DNA of 64,000 bases. It comes from an uncultured Candidatus Binatia bacterium. Its GTDB lineage: Bacteria > Desulfobacterota > Binatia > HRBIN30. The position numbers and the translations under genes were made by a program. The notes under the pieces were generated by a model. The model had not been told where the DNA came from. It saw only the letters and a program-made list of their open reading frames with translations, and searched no databases. How positions within the stretch are numbered: the stretch's first letter is position 1; each line of letters opens with the position of its first letter. The stretch is taken from the NCBI GenBank assembly GCA_964371655.1, contig CAYJOD010000001.1, positions 84,572 through 148,571 of the forward strand, in the 5' to 3' direction. Below, piece by piece: positions 36,823 through 46,407 of the stretch.

Positions 36823-36865
36823 AACCGAAATGTCGCTGGTTCGAGCCCGGCCCGGGGAGTTGGAA
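36823..36865 (+). repeat. Direct repeat copy 2 (attR-like tRNA-Asn 3' fragment)
   Basis: Identical 43 nt. Similarity extends 6 nt upstream (36817-36822) with one mismatch that falls on anticodon position 3 (GTC instead of GTT). Confidence 0.95.
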
Positions 36866-36959
36866 CGAGGGGTTAGCGATCACGCCGCTAGCCCCTCTTC
36901 ACATTCTAGATGGAATCTCCCAGCGACACTCCTGCAGACAACTTCACGGTGTCCGTGGC

Positions 36960-39035
36960 TTAGAGCCGGAACCGGAATCCGGCGTGCGCCATGAATGGCG
37001 TGCCGACTTTCAAGACACCGCCGCCGCGGTCGACGTCGTAGGTGCGGTCGGCGAGGTTTTGCGCAGCTACATAGATCTGGCTGTTGAACCAAGGCAGGTC
37101 GCGCGTCGCCGACGCCAGCACCAGAAAGTAGCTGCGAAGTCGGTCCTGGTTCTCGGCGTCTTCGTACTGTGCATCGACGAAGCGGCCTTCGACGAGAAAG
37201 CTGATGATAGCGGGGTTGGAATAGCGGCCGGAGAGCGTGAAAGAATGCGGCGGCACTTGGGTCACGTGGTCGCCGACAATCTCCGCATGCGTCGGGGCGC
37301 GCACGACTTCCGAATCCGAGTAGAGGTAGCTGCCCGACAGCGTGACGTCGCGCCACACCTGGTACAGAATCTCCAGCTCGGCGCCGACCGTGCGGGTGAG
37401 CCCGGTGTTGTTGCGGGTTCGCACCTGCGAGCCATTCTCAACCGTCGTGAAGTCGGTGATCCCTCCATCGATATCGGCCCAAAAGCCGGTGGTGCGAACA
37501 TCCAGCGTGTCGAGCAGCGGCATGTCCAGTCCGAGCTCGGCTCCATAGAGGTCTTCGGGCCCGAGCTTCGCGTTCGGGCGGAACTGCAGGCCTTCCACCT
37601 CGCCTTCGCGGTAGAGCTCCGACAGCGTCGGCGCCCGGAAGGCGCGATAGGCGGCGCCACGCACATGCAGCCAGTCCAGGGCGCGATAGAGAACCGCGAG
37701 CTTCGGATTGAAGGTGGCCTCCGTATGGCTCCGAAAGTGTTGGCTGTCGCTGCCGAGCTGGTCGCTTTCCGACACCGAGCCATCGTAATTGCTCCAGACA
37801 TCGACGCGTCCGCCGAGCGCGATCTCCCAGCGCTCGGTCGGCGTGTAGATGCCTTGCATAAACAGCCCGGCGAAGAGCTGCTTGCCGTCGGCGCGGCGGA
37901 ACCCGTCCTTCTCGCCGCTCGCCAGGTAGTGCTGCTCGCGGCTCTGGCCGTCGATCCAGTGCAGATCGAGGCCGGCGGTAAGCAGCAGCGGATCGGTCAT
38001 GCGCCGCGACCATACCAGCGAACCGCCGACGTCGGTCACCGGAATGATTTGCTTGAAATCCAGCGATTCACCGGCGCGACGAACACCGTTCACCGACAGG
38101 GCGTTGATGAAGTTGATCGAGAAGCGCTGCAGGTTCGAAAACGCGCTGAGTTGCCACTCGCTGCCGTCATCGCTGTGTGCCGTGCCGACCATGTCGACCA
38201 GACCGGAGGTTGAATCCGCAACCCGCAGGCGCGTGCCGTTGTTGTTGTCTTGATCGAAGATCTGGCCATGCACCGCAACCGACGCGGTATCGCTGAGCCG
38301 ATAGGCGGCGCGCGCATTCAGCAGCTGACTGCGCGAGCTCGAGCGGCCGTCGATGGGTCCGCGCTGCGCCGCATCGACGACCTTGAAGCCGATCGTATCG
38401 AAGTAATTGCCATCGACGCCGAGCTGCAGCTTGCCGACCTCGCCGGTCGCAAAGAAGCCGCTGTCGACGAGGTCGTGCGTTCCATAAGTGAAGTGCGCGC
38501 CACCATGATTACCGCGCGGTTTGCGCGTGATGATATTGATGACGCCCGCCATCGCATAGTTGCCCCACAGATGCGCGCTGGCGCCGCGCACGACTTCGAT
38601 GCGCTCGATCTGCTCCTTCGCAACCTTGCCCCAGAACACCTGCGCATCAAATGGATTGATGATCGGAATGCCGTCCACCATGACCAGCGCCCGGCTGGTT
38701 CCGCTGGGGCCGATGCCACGCAACGTCACACCCTGCGCTTCGTTGTCGAGATCCGGACTGGTGACGATGCTGCTCGAGCGCCGAAAGGTGCTGAACCCCG
38801 GCACGGTGCGCAGAATGTCGTCGAGCGAGATGTTCGGCGACTCCTGCACCTGCTCCTCATCGAGCTCCGCCACGCTGGCCGGCGCCGAGTCCAGTGCCAG
38901 GCTCGATCGCGTTGCCGTCACCACCACTGGCTCGAGTCGATATTCCTTGCGCGGTTCGGTCTGCGCCGTAGATGCGCTCGCTGCAATTGTCCCGAGCGCA
39001 ATCGCGCCCATCGCCCACAACAATCGCTGCTTCAT
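36960..39035 (-). CDS. TonB-dependent outer-membrane receptor
   Basis: Signal peptide MKQRLLWAMGAIALGTIAASASTAQT. Plug motifs VVVTATR and GVTLRGIG. Long beta-barrel region. Confidence 0.9.
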   Translation of the reverse strand: MKQRLLWAMGAIALGTIAASASTAQTEPRKEYRLEPVVVTATRSSLALDSAPASVAELDEEQVQESPNISLDDILRTVPGFSTFRRSSSIVTSPDLDNEAQGVTLRGIGPSGTSRALVMVDGIPIINPFDAQVFWGKVAKEQIERIEVVRGASAHLWGNYAMAGVINIITRKPRGNHGGAHFTYGTHDLVDSGFFATGEVGKLQLGVDGNYFDTIGFKVVDAAQRGPIDGRSSSRSQLLNARAAYRLSDTASVAVHGQIFDQDNNNGTRLRVADSTSGLVDMVGTAHSDDGSEWQLSAFSNLQRFSINFINALSVNGVRRAGESLDFKQIIPVTDVGGSLVWSRRMTDPLLLTAGLDLHWIDGQSREQHYLASGEKDGFRRADGKQLFAGLFMQGIYTPTERWEIALGGRVDVWSNYDGSVSESDQLGSDSQHFRSHTEATFNPKLAVLYRALDWLHVRGAAYRAFRAPTLSELYREGEVEGLQFRPNAKLGPEDLYGAELGLDMPLLDTLDVRTTGFWADIDGGITDFTTVENGSQVRTRNNTGLTRTVGAELEILYQVWRDVTLSGSYLYSDSEVVRAPTHAEIVGDHVTQVPPHSFTLSGRYSNPAIISFLVEGRFVDAQYEDAENQDRLRSYFLVLASATRDLPWFNSQIYVAAQNLADRTYDVDRGGGVLKVGTPFMAHAGFRFRL

Positions 39036-39311
39036 AGCGGCCTCCACGACCGGCGCCGTGTACAGATTTCGATTGGGATTTGCAAACTATCCGATGCCCG
39101 CGGCCGGTTCCAGAACCCGCCGCGCCCGATCTGGCGAGGTTGTCTACATTTACTCCACCTCAATGGAGCTGTTGGGTTCCCCTCCACCTCGGCCATGTTC
39201 AGCAAGGGCTCCCGGCGCTGGTGTCGGTCGATTGCAAACCAGGCGATGGACAAAGTGCGAGCCGTCGGAACAGGCGCGGCGGTGAGGCGTCGCCTGATGG
39301 AGCTCCTACCC

Positions 39312-39381
39312 CTTGGCGTCTTGGCATCTTTGCGCGAGGCCACCTCAGATGTGTCTCGCGCCAAGGCGCCAAGACGCCAAG
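39312..39381. repeat. Hairpin element of the CTTGGCGTCTTGGCGCGAG family
   Basis: Arms 39312-39338 and 39355-39381 are near-perfect reverse complements. A half copy at 39500-39526 shares the upstream GCTCCTACCCC leader. Confidence 0.75.
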
Positions 39382-39756
39382 TCCTCGACCAACACCACGA
39401 GTATCGTTTCCAGTGAGCGAAGGTTCACCGGCAAGGTGACAGACACTTTGTCCGGGTCGCCGGTAGAGCACCGCGGACTGAGAGCTCGGGCTCCTACCCC
39501 TTGGCGGCCTTGCGTCTTGGCGCGAGACAACCTCAAAAGATGCGAAGATCCTGTAGCTCTGGTGGCGCAGGCCGCCCTGCCTGCGCAGCCGAGCAGGCAC
39601 GGCGGCCTGCCCCACCATCGTCCGATGCTTCAGGGCTAGCTCGCTGCTCCGGCGCAGCGCATTTCTCACAGCCCCGCAAATGAGATTCCGGATCCGAACC
39701 CGAAGCCTGAGGTCCGAGGCCTATGATCGAGCTTTGCGCAGATCTGTCGCTCCCCC

Positions 39757-41196
39757 TCACGCGTGCACGCGCGGCAGCCGCTGGGCCCACGCGCATTCGG
39801 CTTCGACTTGCGCGGCGATGCGGATCAGCAGGTCTTCGCGCCCGTACGCGGCCACCAGCTGCACGCCGACGGGTAATCCTTCCGGGCTCTCGTGCACCGG
39901 CAGAGAGATCGCCGGCTGCCCGCTGGCGTTGAAGGTCGATGTGAACGTGCTGAACATCGCTGCTCGCGCCAAGGTTTCGAACGGATCGTCTGGGCTATCG
40001 AAGTAGCCGAGCAGCGGCGCCGGCGCCGACGTGGTCGGCGTCAACAGCAGGTCGAAGCCCGAGCTCCACCAGGCTGCCAGGTCGCGAGTCTTGCGCTGCG
40101 CATACTCGATCGCCGTGACATAGTCCGACGCATGTAGTCCGCGCGATATCTCCGTGAACGCCCACGTCGCCGGCTCGACGTCGTCGGCTGTGATCGTTCG
40201 TCCGGTCTTTTCCGCCCAGGCGTCCAGTGCACGCGCTGCGCTGCAGGCGATGACCACCGCCGTCGATCGGCCCATGGCCGGGTCGATCAACGCCTCCGGA
40301 TACGCCTCTTCGACGTGATGGCCAAGAGACGACAACAGCTTGGCCGCGCGTTCCACCGCCGCCATACATTCGGGATGCACCACCGCTCCCGATGGACTTT
40401 GAACCAGGCAGCCGATGCGCAGCCGCCCGGGCGCGGCATCGAGCTCCGCCGCATACGGGCGTAGCGCTGCCGGTGCGCAATAGGGATCACCCGGCATGAC
40501 GCCGGCGATGGCATCGAGAATGGCGGCGGTATCACGCACCGAATGCGTGACGCAGTTTTGGGCCGAGAAGCCGCCCCACCCTTCCGACATGAACGGGCCC
40601 ATCGACACGCGTCCGCGCGACGGTTTCAAACCAACGAGACCGCAATGCGCCGCGGGAATTCGAATCGAGCCACCGCCGTCGGTGGCATGTGCAGCCGGCA
40701 CCATGCGCGCCGCGACCGCGGCGGCGGCGCCACCGCTCGATCCACCCGCCGTACGGGTCGGATCCCAGGGATTCCGCGTCGGCCCGTACGCCATAGGTTC
40801 GGTGGTTGGGAGCAGGCCCAGCTCGGGAGTATTCGTCTTCCCGAGGATCACAAAGCCCGCCGCTTTGAAGCGCTGGGCGACATACGTGTCGTGTGCTTCG
40901 GTCCAGTTCAGCCGCTTCAAGAAACTCATTCCGAGGTGGAACGGGTCGCCAGCGGAATGGGCGCCGAGATCCTTCAGGAGGAATGGAACACCGCGGAACG
41001 GCCCGTCCGGTAGCGTGCTCGAACGCGCCTGTTCGTGCGCTCGCTCGAAGCTCGTGGTAATGACCGCGTTGAGCTTAGGATTGACGAGCCCGATGCGTTC
41101 GATGGCGGCCTCGACGAGCTCGATCGGCTCTACCTCGCGCCGCCGTACCAGCATGGCTTGAGCGGTCGCGTCCATGCCTTCCAATTGCTTCTTCAC
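39757..41196 (-). CDS. Amidase-signature family amidase
   Basis: GGSSGGAAAAVAA...DGGGSIRIPAAHCGLVGLKPSRGRVS signature. Confidence 0.9.
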   Translation of the reverse strand: MKKQLEGMDATAQAMLVRRREVEPIELVEAAIERIGLVNPKLNAVITTSFERAHEQARSSTLPDGPFRGVPFLLKDLGAHSAGDPFHLGMSFLKRLNWTEAHDTYVAQRFKAAGFVILGKTNTPELGLLPTTEPMAYGPTRNPWDPTRTAGGSSGGAAAAVAARMVPAAHATDGGGSIRIPAAHCGLVGLKPSRGRVSMGPFMSEGWGGFSAQNCVTHSVRDTAAILDAIAGVMPGDPYCAPAALRPYAAELDAAPGRLRIGCLVQSPSGAVVHPECMAAVERAAKLLSSLGHHVEEAYPEALIDPAMGRSTAVVIACSAARALDAWAEKTGRTITADDVEPATWAFTEISRGLHASDYVTAIEYAQRKTRDLAAWWSSGFDLLLTPTTSAPAPLLGYFDSPDDPFETLARAAMFSTFTSTFNASGQPAISLPVHESPEGLPVGVQLVAAYGREDLLIRIAAQVEAECAWAQRLPRVHA

Positions 41197-41354
41197 TTGA
41201 CCTCCCGCGGAGCCAGAACGTCCCCGTACAACGCGAGTGTCACCTCACCCCTGCGCCGTACCCGCATCCTTTATCGACGAAGCGGCGCCGACGGAAGCAC
41301 CCGGCCACGACCCACAGTGGTTCTGGTAGGAAGAATGGCCCTACTCGCACCGAC

Positions 41355-41462
41355 CCGGAAGAAATGGAAAACAGGAAACCGAGAACCCTAAATGCAAAAC
41401 CGGAAATGTGCCTAATTTCCAGTTTCCGGTCTCCTGTTTCCGGTTGTCCATTTTCTTTCCGC
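41355..41462. repeat. GGAAAC-rich palindromic element, copy A
   Basis: Arms GGAAGAAATGGAAAACAGGAAACCG... and ...CGGTCTCCTGTTTCCGGTTGTCCATTTTCTTTCC. Related to copies at 51938-52043 and 53749-53857. Confidence 0.8.
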
Positions 41463-41524
41463 GCCGCTCAAGGCCTTCCCGACCAGCCACCAACACCCTG
41501 CCCGTAGTGGCTGCGTCACAGCCA

Positions 41525-43351
41525 CTACGCCGACGATGCGACGGCGCCCTGCCCCACCGGCTTCGTCTTGATCGCCAGTGGCACACTCAGGCGATAGCTG
41601 GTACCGCCGGCGGGCGCGGCGTAGACCTCGATCTCACCCCCGAGACTCTCGGCGGCGGTACGCGCGACACCCAGGCCGATGCGTGCCGCTCCTTGGTCAT
41701 CGAGGATGTGCGGTTCGAATAGCTGCCACGACTGCGGTGGAAGCGTGCTCGCCGCCGTGCAGCGCACAGTGATCAACAGCTGCGCGGCGGTTCGGTGGAC
41801 GTCGGCGCCGACCGCGGTGCCGTCGGGCATCCAATCGACAATGTGCAACACGATATTCAGGATTGCGTCCCGCAGAGGTCTGTAGACAGGTCCGAGAATC
41901 ACCGGCCCCGACAGAGACGGTGGCTCGACGGATATGTGTTTTCTCTCGGCGGTGGCCCCGACGAGAGAGACGACGTCGGCAAACACGTCGCGCAAGTCAA
42001 AGGCCACTCGCGCAGGCTGGCGCTGGTTGAGTTGCACCAGCACCGACCTGCACAGCGAATCCAGACTCGCCGCCGTATCCTCGATCGTATCGATATACTC
42101 GGTCTGCTGCTCACGACGATCCGTTATGCCATCGTTCTCGTCGCGATCGAGCGCGGCCCGCAGCGCCTGCACGTTAGCGTCGATGGTCTGCGACAAGGTC
42201 TGCACGGTGGCGGCCGCTCCCCAGCACGACGCCTCGATGGCCTCGAGCTGCAACGACGCCGAGAGATCCGCGTCGATCGCGCTGCTGAGCGTCTTGTCGA
42301 CGACGAGCACGGCAAACCCTGAGGCGCCGTCGTCGCCGAGCTCGATTGCGTGCAGCTGCAGCGAGCGCGGTGGCTTGGTGTCGACCAGCTCAATGTCCAG
42401 GCGGACGACATTGGTATCGCTCGCCGCCGTCTCCCAGGCGTCCTCAATCAACGCCTGAATTTCGTTCCACTGCCTCTCCAGCTCGTCGGGCTCGGGACAA
42501 CCGATCACATCGCGAGCGCGCTGATTGGCGAAGCTGAGGGTCTTGTCGGCGTTCAAGAGGAGAAGCGCCGCGCTGTTGATCGCGTGCGCCGCTTCAAAGC
42601 GCTGGCCCGCTGCCGACTCACGCTGTAGCGCCGCCGCCAGCTGCGCGCCCAAACGCAGGCAACCCTCCTGTACCGGAGCAAACTCGTCGGCGGGACTCAA
42701 GTCGACGCTGACGCGATTCGCCTCCGCCCCTTCGAGCGTCTCGAGCAGACGCTCCGTGCGCCGGCGTAGCGCGGATCGCAGCAGCACCAGGACCACGACG
42801 ATACCGACCAGACCCGAGATGGCAACCACCGCGAAGTCACGACGGGCGCGGCTGTAGACCACCGCGAACGGCTCGCTGTTGAGGGCCAGGCGCAAGTAGC
42901 CGACGATCTTTTGCTGATCGAGAAGGGGAACGAAGAGGTAGTAGGCGTCGCCCTGCCGGATCAGTCCAGGCTCCCCGAAGTTCGAGTCACCCAGGGCTGG
43001 AAAGATCAGATCGGGATCGGCGACCTGCCGTCCTACCTCCATCTCGTCACTAGCGACGACCTTACCGGTTGCGTCGATGACGCTCACCGACGATACGACC
43101 TCCGATCGCGAGGTAATGTCTTCGATGGTCTGTTCCAGACGCTGGCGCGAATCCGGATCCGCCAGGCGCAACCCCTCGATCGCCGACTTCGAGATGACCG
43201 CCGCAATGTCATTGCCGATCAGCCGCGCCGTGTTCTTGAGAACCGAGCGCGACACCAAACGCACCGAGCGCTCCATCCAGTACGCCATCCCGCCGACGAA
43301 GCCGACGTAGAGCACCAACAAGACGATGGCAGCTTTGGTTACAAATCGCAT
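41525..43351 (-). CDS. Membrane sensor protein with PAS-like and HATPase-like regions, no recognisable H-box
   Basis: Two TM segments flank a region of about 150 aa. C-terminal ARIGLGVARTAAESLGGEIEV resembles the G2 box. No HExxN/HisKA histidine motif found by eye. Confidence 0.65.
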   Translation of the reverse strand: MRFVTKAAIVLLVLYVGFVGGMAYWMERSVRLVSRSVLKNTARLIGNDIAAVISKSAIEGLRLADPDSRQRLEQTIEDITSRSEVVSSVSVIDATGKVVASDEMEVGRQVADPDLIFPALGDSNFGEPGLIRQGDAYYLFVPLLDQQKIVGYLRLALNSEPFAVVYSRARRDFAVVAISGLVGIVVVLVLLRSALRRRTERLLETLEGAEANRVSVDLSPADEFAPVQEGCLRLGAQLAAALQRESAAGQRFEAAHAINSAALLLLNADKTLSFANQRARDVIGCPEPDELERQWNEIQALIEDAWETAASDTNVVRLDIELVDTKPPRSLQLHAIELGDDGASGFAVLVVDKTLSSAIDADLSASLQLEAIEASCWGAAATVQTLSQTIDANVQALRAALDRDENDGITDRREQQTEYIDTIEDTAASLDSLCRSVLVQLNQRQPARVAFDLRDVFADVVSLVGATAERKHISVEPPSLSGPVILGPVYRPLRDAILNIVLHIVDWMPDGTAVGADVHRTAAQLLITVRCTAASTLPPQSWQLFEPHILDDQGAARIGLGVARTAAESLGGEIEVYAAPAGGTSYRLSVPLAIKTKPVGQGAVASSA

Positions 43352-43470
43352 AAACGCCTACGGCGCACCGGCCAAGTTCCTACATCTTACCGGCGCGGGC
43401 GTCGATAACGATTCGCCGTTCGCGATTTACGTGGCAGCTCTCGCCGCAGCGCGACGGAGCGCGTCTTCCT

Positions 43471-43598
43471 GAGGTTGTCTCACAACTCCTTGGTGGTACA
43501 GGCTGGAAGCCTATACCACCAAGGCTTTCTGTCCCGAGATTAGGTTCTTGGTGGTATAGGCCTCTGGCCTGTACCACCTTGCCGAGGTTGTGAGACAA
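43471..43598. repeat. Nested palindromic element (two 14-16-bp hairpins flanked by an outer inverted repeat)
   Basis: Hairpin 1 at 43488-43524 (TTGGTGGTACAGGC/GCCTATACCACCAA). Hairpin 2 at 43547-43580 (TTGGTGGTATAGGC/GCCTGTACCACC). Outer GTTGTCTCACAAC / GTTGTGAGACAA. Confidence 0.8.
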
Positions 43599-43699
43599 TC
43601 TCGCCAGAGCGTGGCTGATAGCCCGCACCGCAGGCACGGCACGGATTTCTTAACGCCCGGGTGATGGCTCACTGTAGTCCTCCCGGCTACTCTGTCGTG

Positions 43700-44638
43700 A
43701 TGTCCTACTGCGGACGTTTCGCGCCCTCGCCTACTGGAGACTTACACGTCGGCTCCGCGGCGACAGCCTTGGTGGCATGGCTGCGAGCTCGGCGCGCCGT
43801 GGGTGAGCTCGTGCTGCGCGTTGAAGACATCGACACACCGCGCGTCGTGGTCGCAAGTGAAGGCAGGCAGCTCGAAGACCTGCGTTGGCTCGGACTCGAC
43901 TGGGACGAAGGACCCGACATCGGTGGCAACCGCGGCCCCTACCGCCAGTCGGAGCGTGCGCTGTTGTACGAGAACGCGCTGGAGCGACTCGCCACCACGG
44001 GTTGGACCTACCTCTGCGACTGCTCGCGCAGCGACATCGCGAGCAGTGCCAGCGCCCCCCACAGCGGTGACGAGGGTCCTCGTTATCCCGGCACCTGCCG
44101 CCGCTTCGGCATGCAGCCGCGAGATTGGAAGCGCCCGCCGGCGCTGCGTCTGGCGGTCCCGGATCGCGAGATCGTCGTGCACGACGTTTTCCAGGGGGAG
44201 CTGCGACAGAACCTCTTCGCCACCGTCGGCGACTTCGTGCTCAAGCGTGGTGACGGTATCTACGCCTACCAGCTTGCCGTCGTCGTCGACGATCTGGCGA
44301 TGGCGATCAGCGAGGTCGTCCGCGGCGCGGATCTGCTCGCCTCCGCTCCGCGCCAGGTGCTGCTTGCCGAGCTGTTGGGCGAGCGCCCGCCCCGGTTCGC
44401 GCACGTCCCCCTCGTGGTCGACGGCGAAGGCAGGCGCTTGGAGAAGCGCAACCCGCGCCACACTCTGCGCGGTCTGCGCGCCCTCGGTGTCGGGCCGGGA
44501 GTCGTCATCGCCCAATTGGCTCGCGCCCTTGGGCTGACTGGCGCGCACGAGCGCGCCGCCATCACCGTACGCACACTCCTTGCCGACGCTGAGCTTGCAA
44601 GTTTGAGCGGTCGCCGCGAGATCCGATTGCCCGACTGA
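43700..44638 (+). CDS. gluQ: Glutamyl-Q tRNA(Asp) synthetase (GluQRS/YadB)
   Basis: [16 protein letters not shown] (HIGH region), [36 protein letters not shown]. About 312 aa, lacking an anticodon-binding domain. Confidence 0.85.
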   Translation: MSYCGRFAPSPTGDLHVGSAATALVAWLRARRAVGELVLRVEDIDTPRVVVASEGRQLEDLRWLGLDWDEGPDIGGNRGPYRQSERALLYENALERLATTGWTYLCDCSRSDIASSASAPHSGDEGPRYPGTCRRFGMQPRDWKRPPALRLAVPDREIVVHDVFQGELRQNLFATVGDFVLKRGDGIYAYQLAVVVDDLAMAISEVVRGADLLASAPRQVLLAELLGERPPRFAHVPLVVDGEGRRLEKRNPRHTLRGLRALGVGPGVVIAQLARALGLTGAHERAAITVRTLLADAELASLSGRREIRLPD

Positions 44639-44702
44639 GCACGGTGCATCCCCAATCGTGATCGTCTATCTTCCGCCGCGTCCTGCGGAAGGGAGCAACT
44701 CG

Positions 44703-45017
44703 ATGCAGCAGATCGAAAACGTCACCGTAGTCTGCAAGGCCAACGTCTACTTCGACGGCAAGGTCGTCAGCCACACTGTGCTCGACGGCGATCGCAAGCG
44801 AACCATCGGCTTGATCTATCCGGGCAGCTTCACGTTCAACACCGACGCACCGGAGCGCATGGACATCGTCGCCGGCTCCTGCCGCGTGCGTCTCAGCGGC
44901 GCCTCCGACTGGAAGACCTACGATGCCGGAACCTTTTTTCGTGTTCCCGGAAAATCGGGGTTCGACATCGCCGTCGACGCGGGGATTGCCGAATACGTCT
45001 GCACCTTCGAGTCGTAG
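44703..45017 (+). CDS. ppnP: Pyrimidine/purine nucleoside phosphorylase PpnP (DUF1255)
   Basis: [55 protein letters not shown] closely parallels E. coli PpnP. Confidence 0.8.
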   Translation: MQQIENVTVVCKANVYFDGKVVSHTVLDGDRKRTIGLIYPGSFTFNTDAPERMDIVAGSCRVRLSGASDWKTYDAGTFFRVPGKSGFDIAVDAGIAEYVCTFES

Positions 45018-45024
45018 GTGACGG

Positions 45025-46134
45025 ATGCCAACCGCCGACGTCGTCATCATCGGGGCCGGCTTCGCGGGCGCCTCCACCGCGTATCACCTGGCGCGCCGAG
45101 GCGTACGCAACGTCCTCATCCTCGAGCGTGAGGCGGTCCCAGGGGTGCACGCATCGGGGCGCAACGCCGCCCTCGCCTTCACCATTCTCTCGGACCCGTT
45201 CGAGACCGGGCTCGCCATCGAGGGCACGAAGTTCCTGGCGCAACCTCCCGATGGCTTTTGCCAGCATCCCCTTCTCGATCGAATCGGCTCTCTGCAGGTC
45301 GCATCGGACGCGGGCCTGCCGCCGTTGCAGGATTCACAGCGACGCGCGGTGGCGGCCGGCTGGCAATGCGACATCCTTACTGCCGCAGAGGCGACGCAGC
45401 GCGTGCCGGTGCTGGCGGATGCAAGCTTCAACGTCGCCTTGTGGAATCCCTACGACGGTGTCGTCGACATTCACGCGTTGCTGCAGGGCTATCTGGCCGG
45501 TGCCCGCGACGGAGGTGCACGCATCCAGTATCGCCGCGAAGTGCGCGCCATTCGCACCAGCGGCGGGCGCGTGCTTGGGGTGGAAACCGACGACGGCCTC
45601 GTGACCACATCGTGCGTCGTCAACGCGGCGGGCGGCTGGGCCGGTCGGATCGGTGAGTTGGCGGGTGTCGGCACACGCTCGCTCGCACCACGCCGGCGTC
45701 ATCTGTTGCAGATGCTGATCGACATTCCCATCGACCGGCGCTGGCCGTTCGTTTGGCACAACGACCTCGACCTGTACTTCCGTCCCGAGCGCGACGGCCT
45801 GCTCATGAGCCCGTGTGATGCCACCCCACACCCCCCACAAGAGCCGATCGCCGATCGCGGCGCGCAAGAGCTGCTCGCGGAGAAGCTGCCCAAGGCCTTT
45901 CCGCGATTGGCCGCGGCGCGGGTCGCTTCCATGTGGGCCTGCTTGCGAACCTTCGCTCGCGACGAACGTTTCGTCATCGGCCGCGATCCGCAGCTCGGAG
46001 GTCTGGTGTGGGTGGCGGCGCTGGGCGGACACGGGATGACGACCAGCGCCGCGGTCGGCCGTCTCGGCGCTGCGGCCGTGGTTGCCGAGAGCAACGACGA
46101 GCTCGCCTATTTCTCGCCGGCGCGCCTGCTCTGA
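45025..46134 (+). CDS. FAD-dependent oxidoreductase (DAO/glycine-oxidase family)
   Basis: DVVIIGAGFAGASTAYHLARRG. 369 aa. Confidence 0.8.
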   Translation: MPTADVVIIGAGFAGASTAYHLARRGVRNVLILEREAVPGVHASGRNAALAFTILSDPFETGLAIEGTKFLAQPPDGFCQHPLLDRIGSLQVASDAGLPPLQDSQRRAVAAGWQCDILTAAEATQRVPVLADASFNVALWNPYDGVVDIHALLQGYLAGARDGGARIQYRREVRAIRTSGGRVLGVETDDGLVTTSCVVNAAGGWAGRIGELAGVGTRSLAPRRRHLLQMLIDIPIDRRWPFVWHNDLDLYFRPERDGLLMSPCDATPHPPQEPIADRGAQELLAEKLPKAFPRLAAARVASMWACLRTFARDERFVIGRDPQLGGLVWVAALGGHGMTTSAAVGRLGAAAVVAESNDELAYFSPARLL

Positions 46135-46407
46135 AATTCGCCGCTTGGGGCTTGCCCGCATTTCTTGCCAAGACTTCACCGCAGAGACGCAGAGGCGCGG
46201 AGAAGAGCATGTTCTGGGAACGCTTGCACATCTGCCGCGAAAGCAGCGTGCACAGAATTGATCCAGCCCAAATCATGATTTCTTCCAACCATCCAAGGCG
46301 TTCCCTGCGTCTCGGCGTCTCTGCGGTGAGAACTCTACGCTAAAGGCTTGGGGCTTGGGAAGATGAGTGTATGCCTCGTCGTGTTCCGGCCGGCACCCGT
46401 AGCGCGT

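Larger units (their letters stand above)
34305..36865. mobile_element. About 2.5-kb integrase-less islet inserted at tRNA-Asn
   Basis: Bounded by a perfect 43-bp direct repeat of the tRNA 3' half. Contains small membrane peptides and a trypsin-like protease. No recombinase ORF inside. Confidence 0.6.

Noticed and set aside
39055-39100. AT-richer patch (GATTTCGATTGGGATTTGCAAACTATC) just upstream of the TonB-dependent receptor as a possible Fur box
   Set aside because: It matches the 19-bp Fur consensus (GATAATGATAATCATTATC) only weakly. The idea is plausible from context, but the sequence alone does not support it.
36771-39416. Long plus-strand ORFs (480 aa and 388 aa) opposite the TonB-dependent receptor gene
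   Set aside because: These are antisense shadow ORFs of a high-GC gene. The minus-strand product has clear TonB-receptor features and the plus-strand products have none. The same reasoning applies to 60121-61449 and 61523-62677 (opposite the cytochromes), 45334-46179, 46348-47283, 15706-16425, 25585-26184, 26742-27527, 27590-28282 and 18203-19293.
43380-43637. 85-aa minus-strand ORF between the sensor gene and gluQ
   Set aside because: It is composed almost entirely of the nested palindrome at 43471-43598, so it is a translation artefact.
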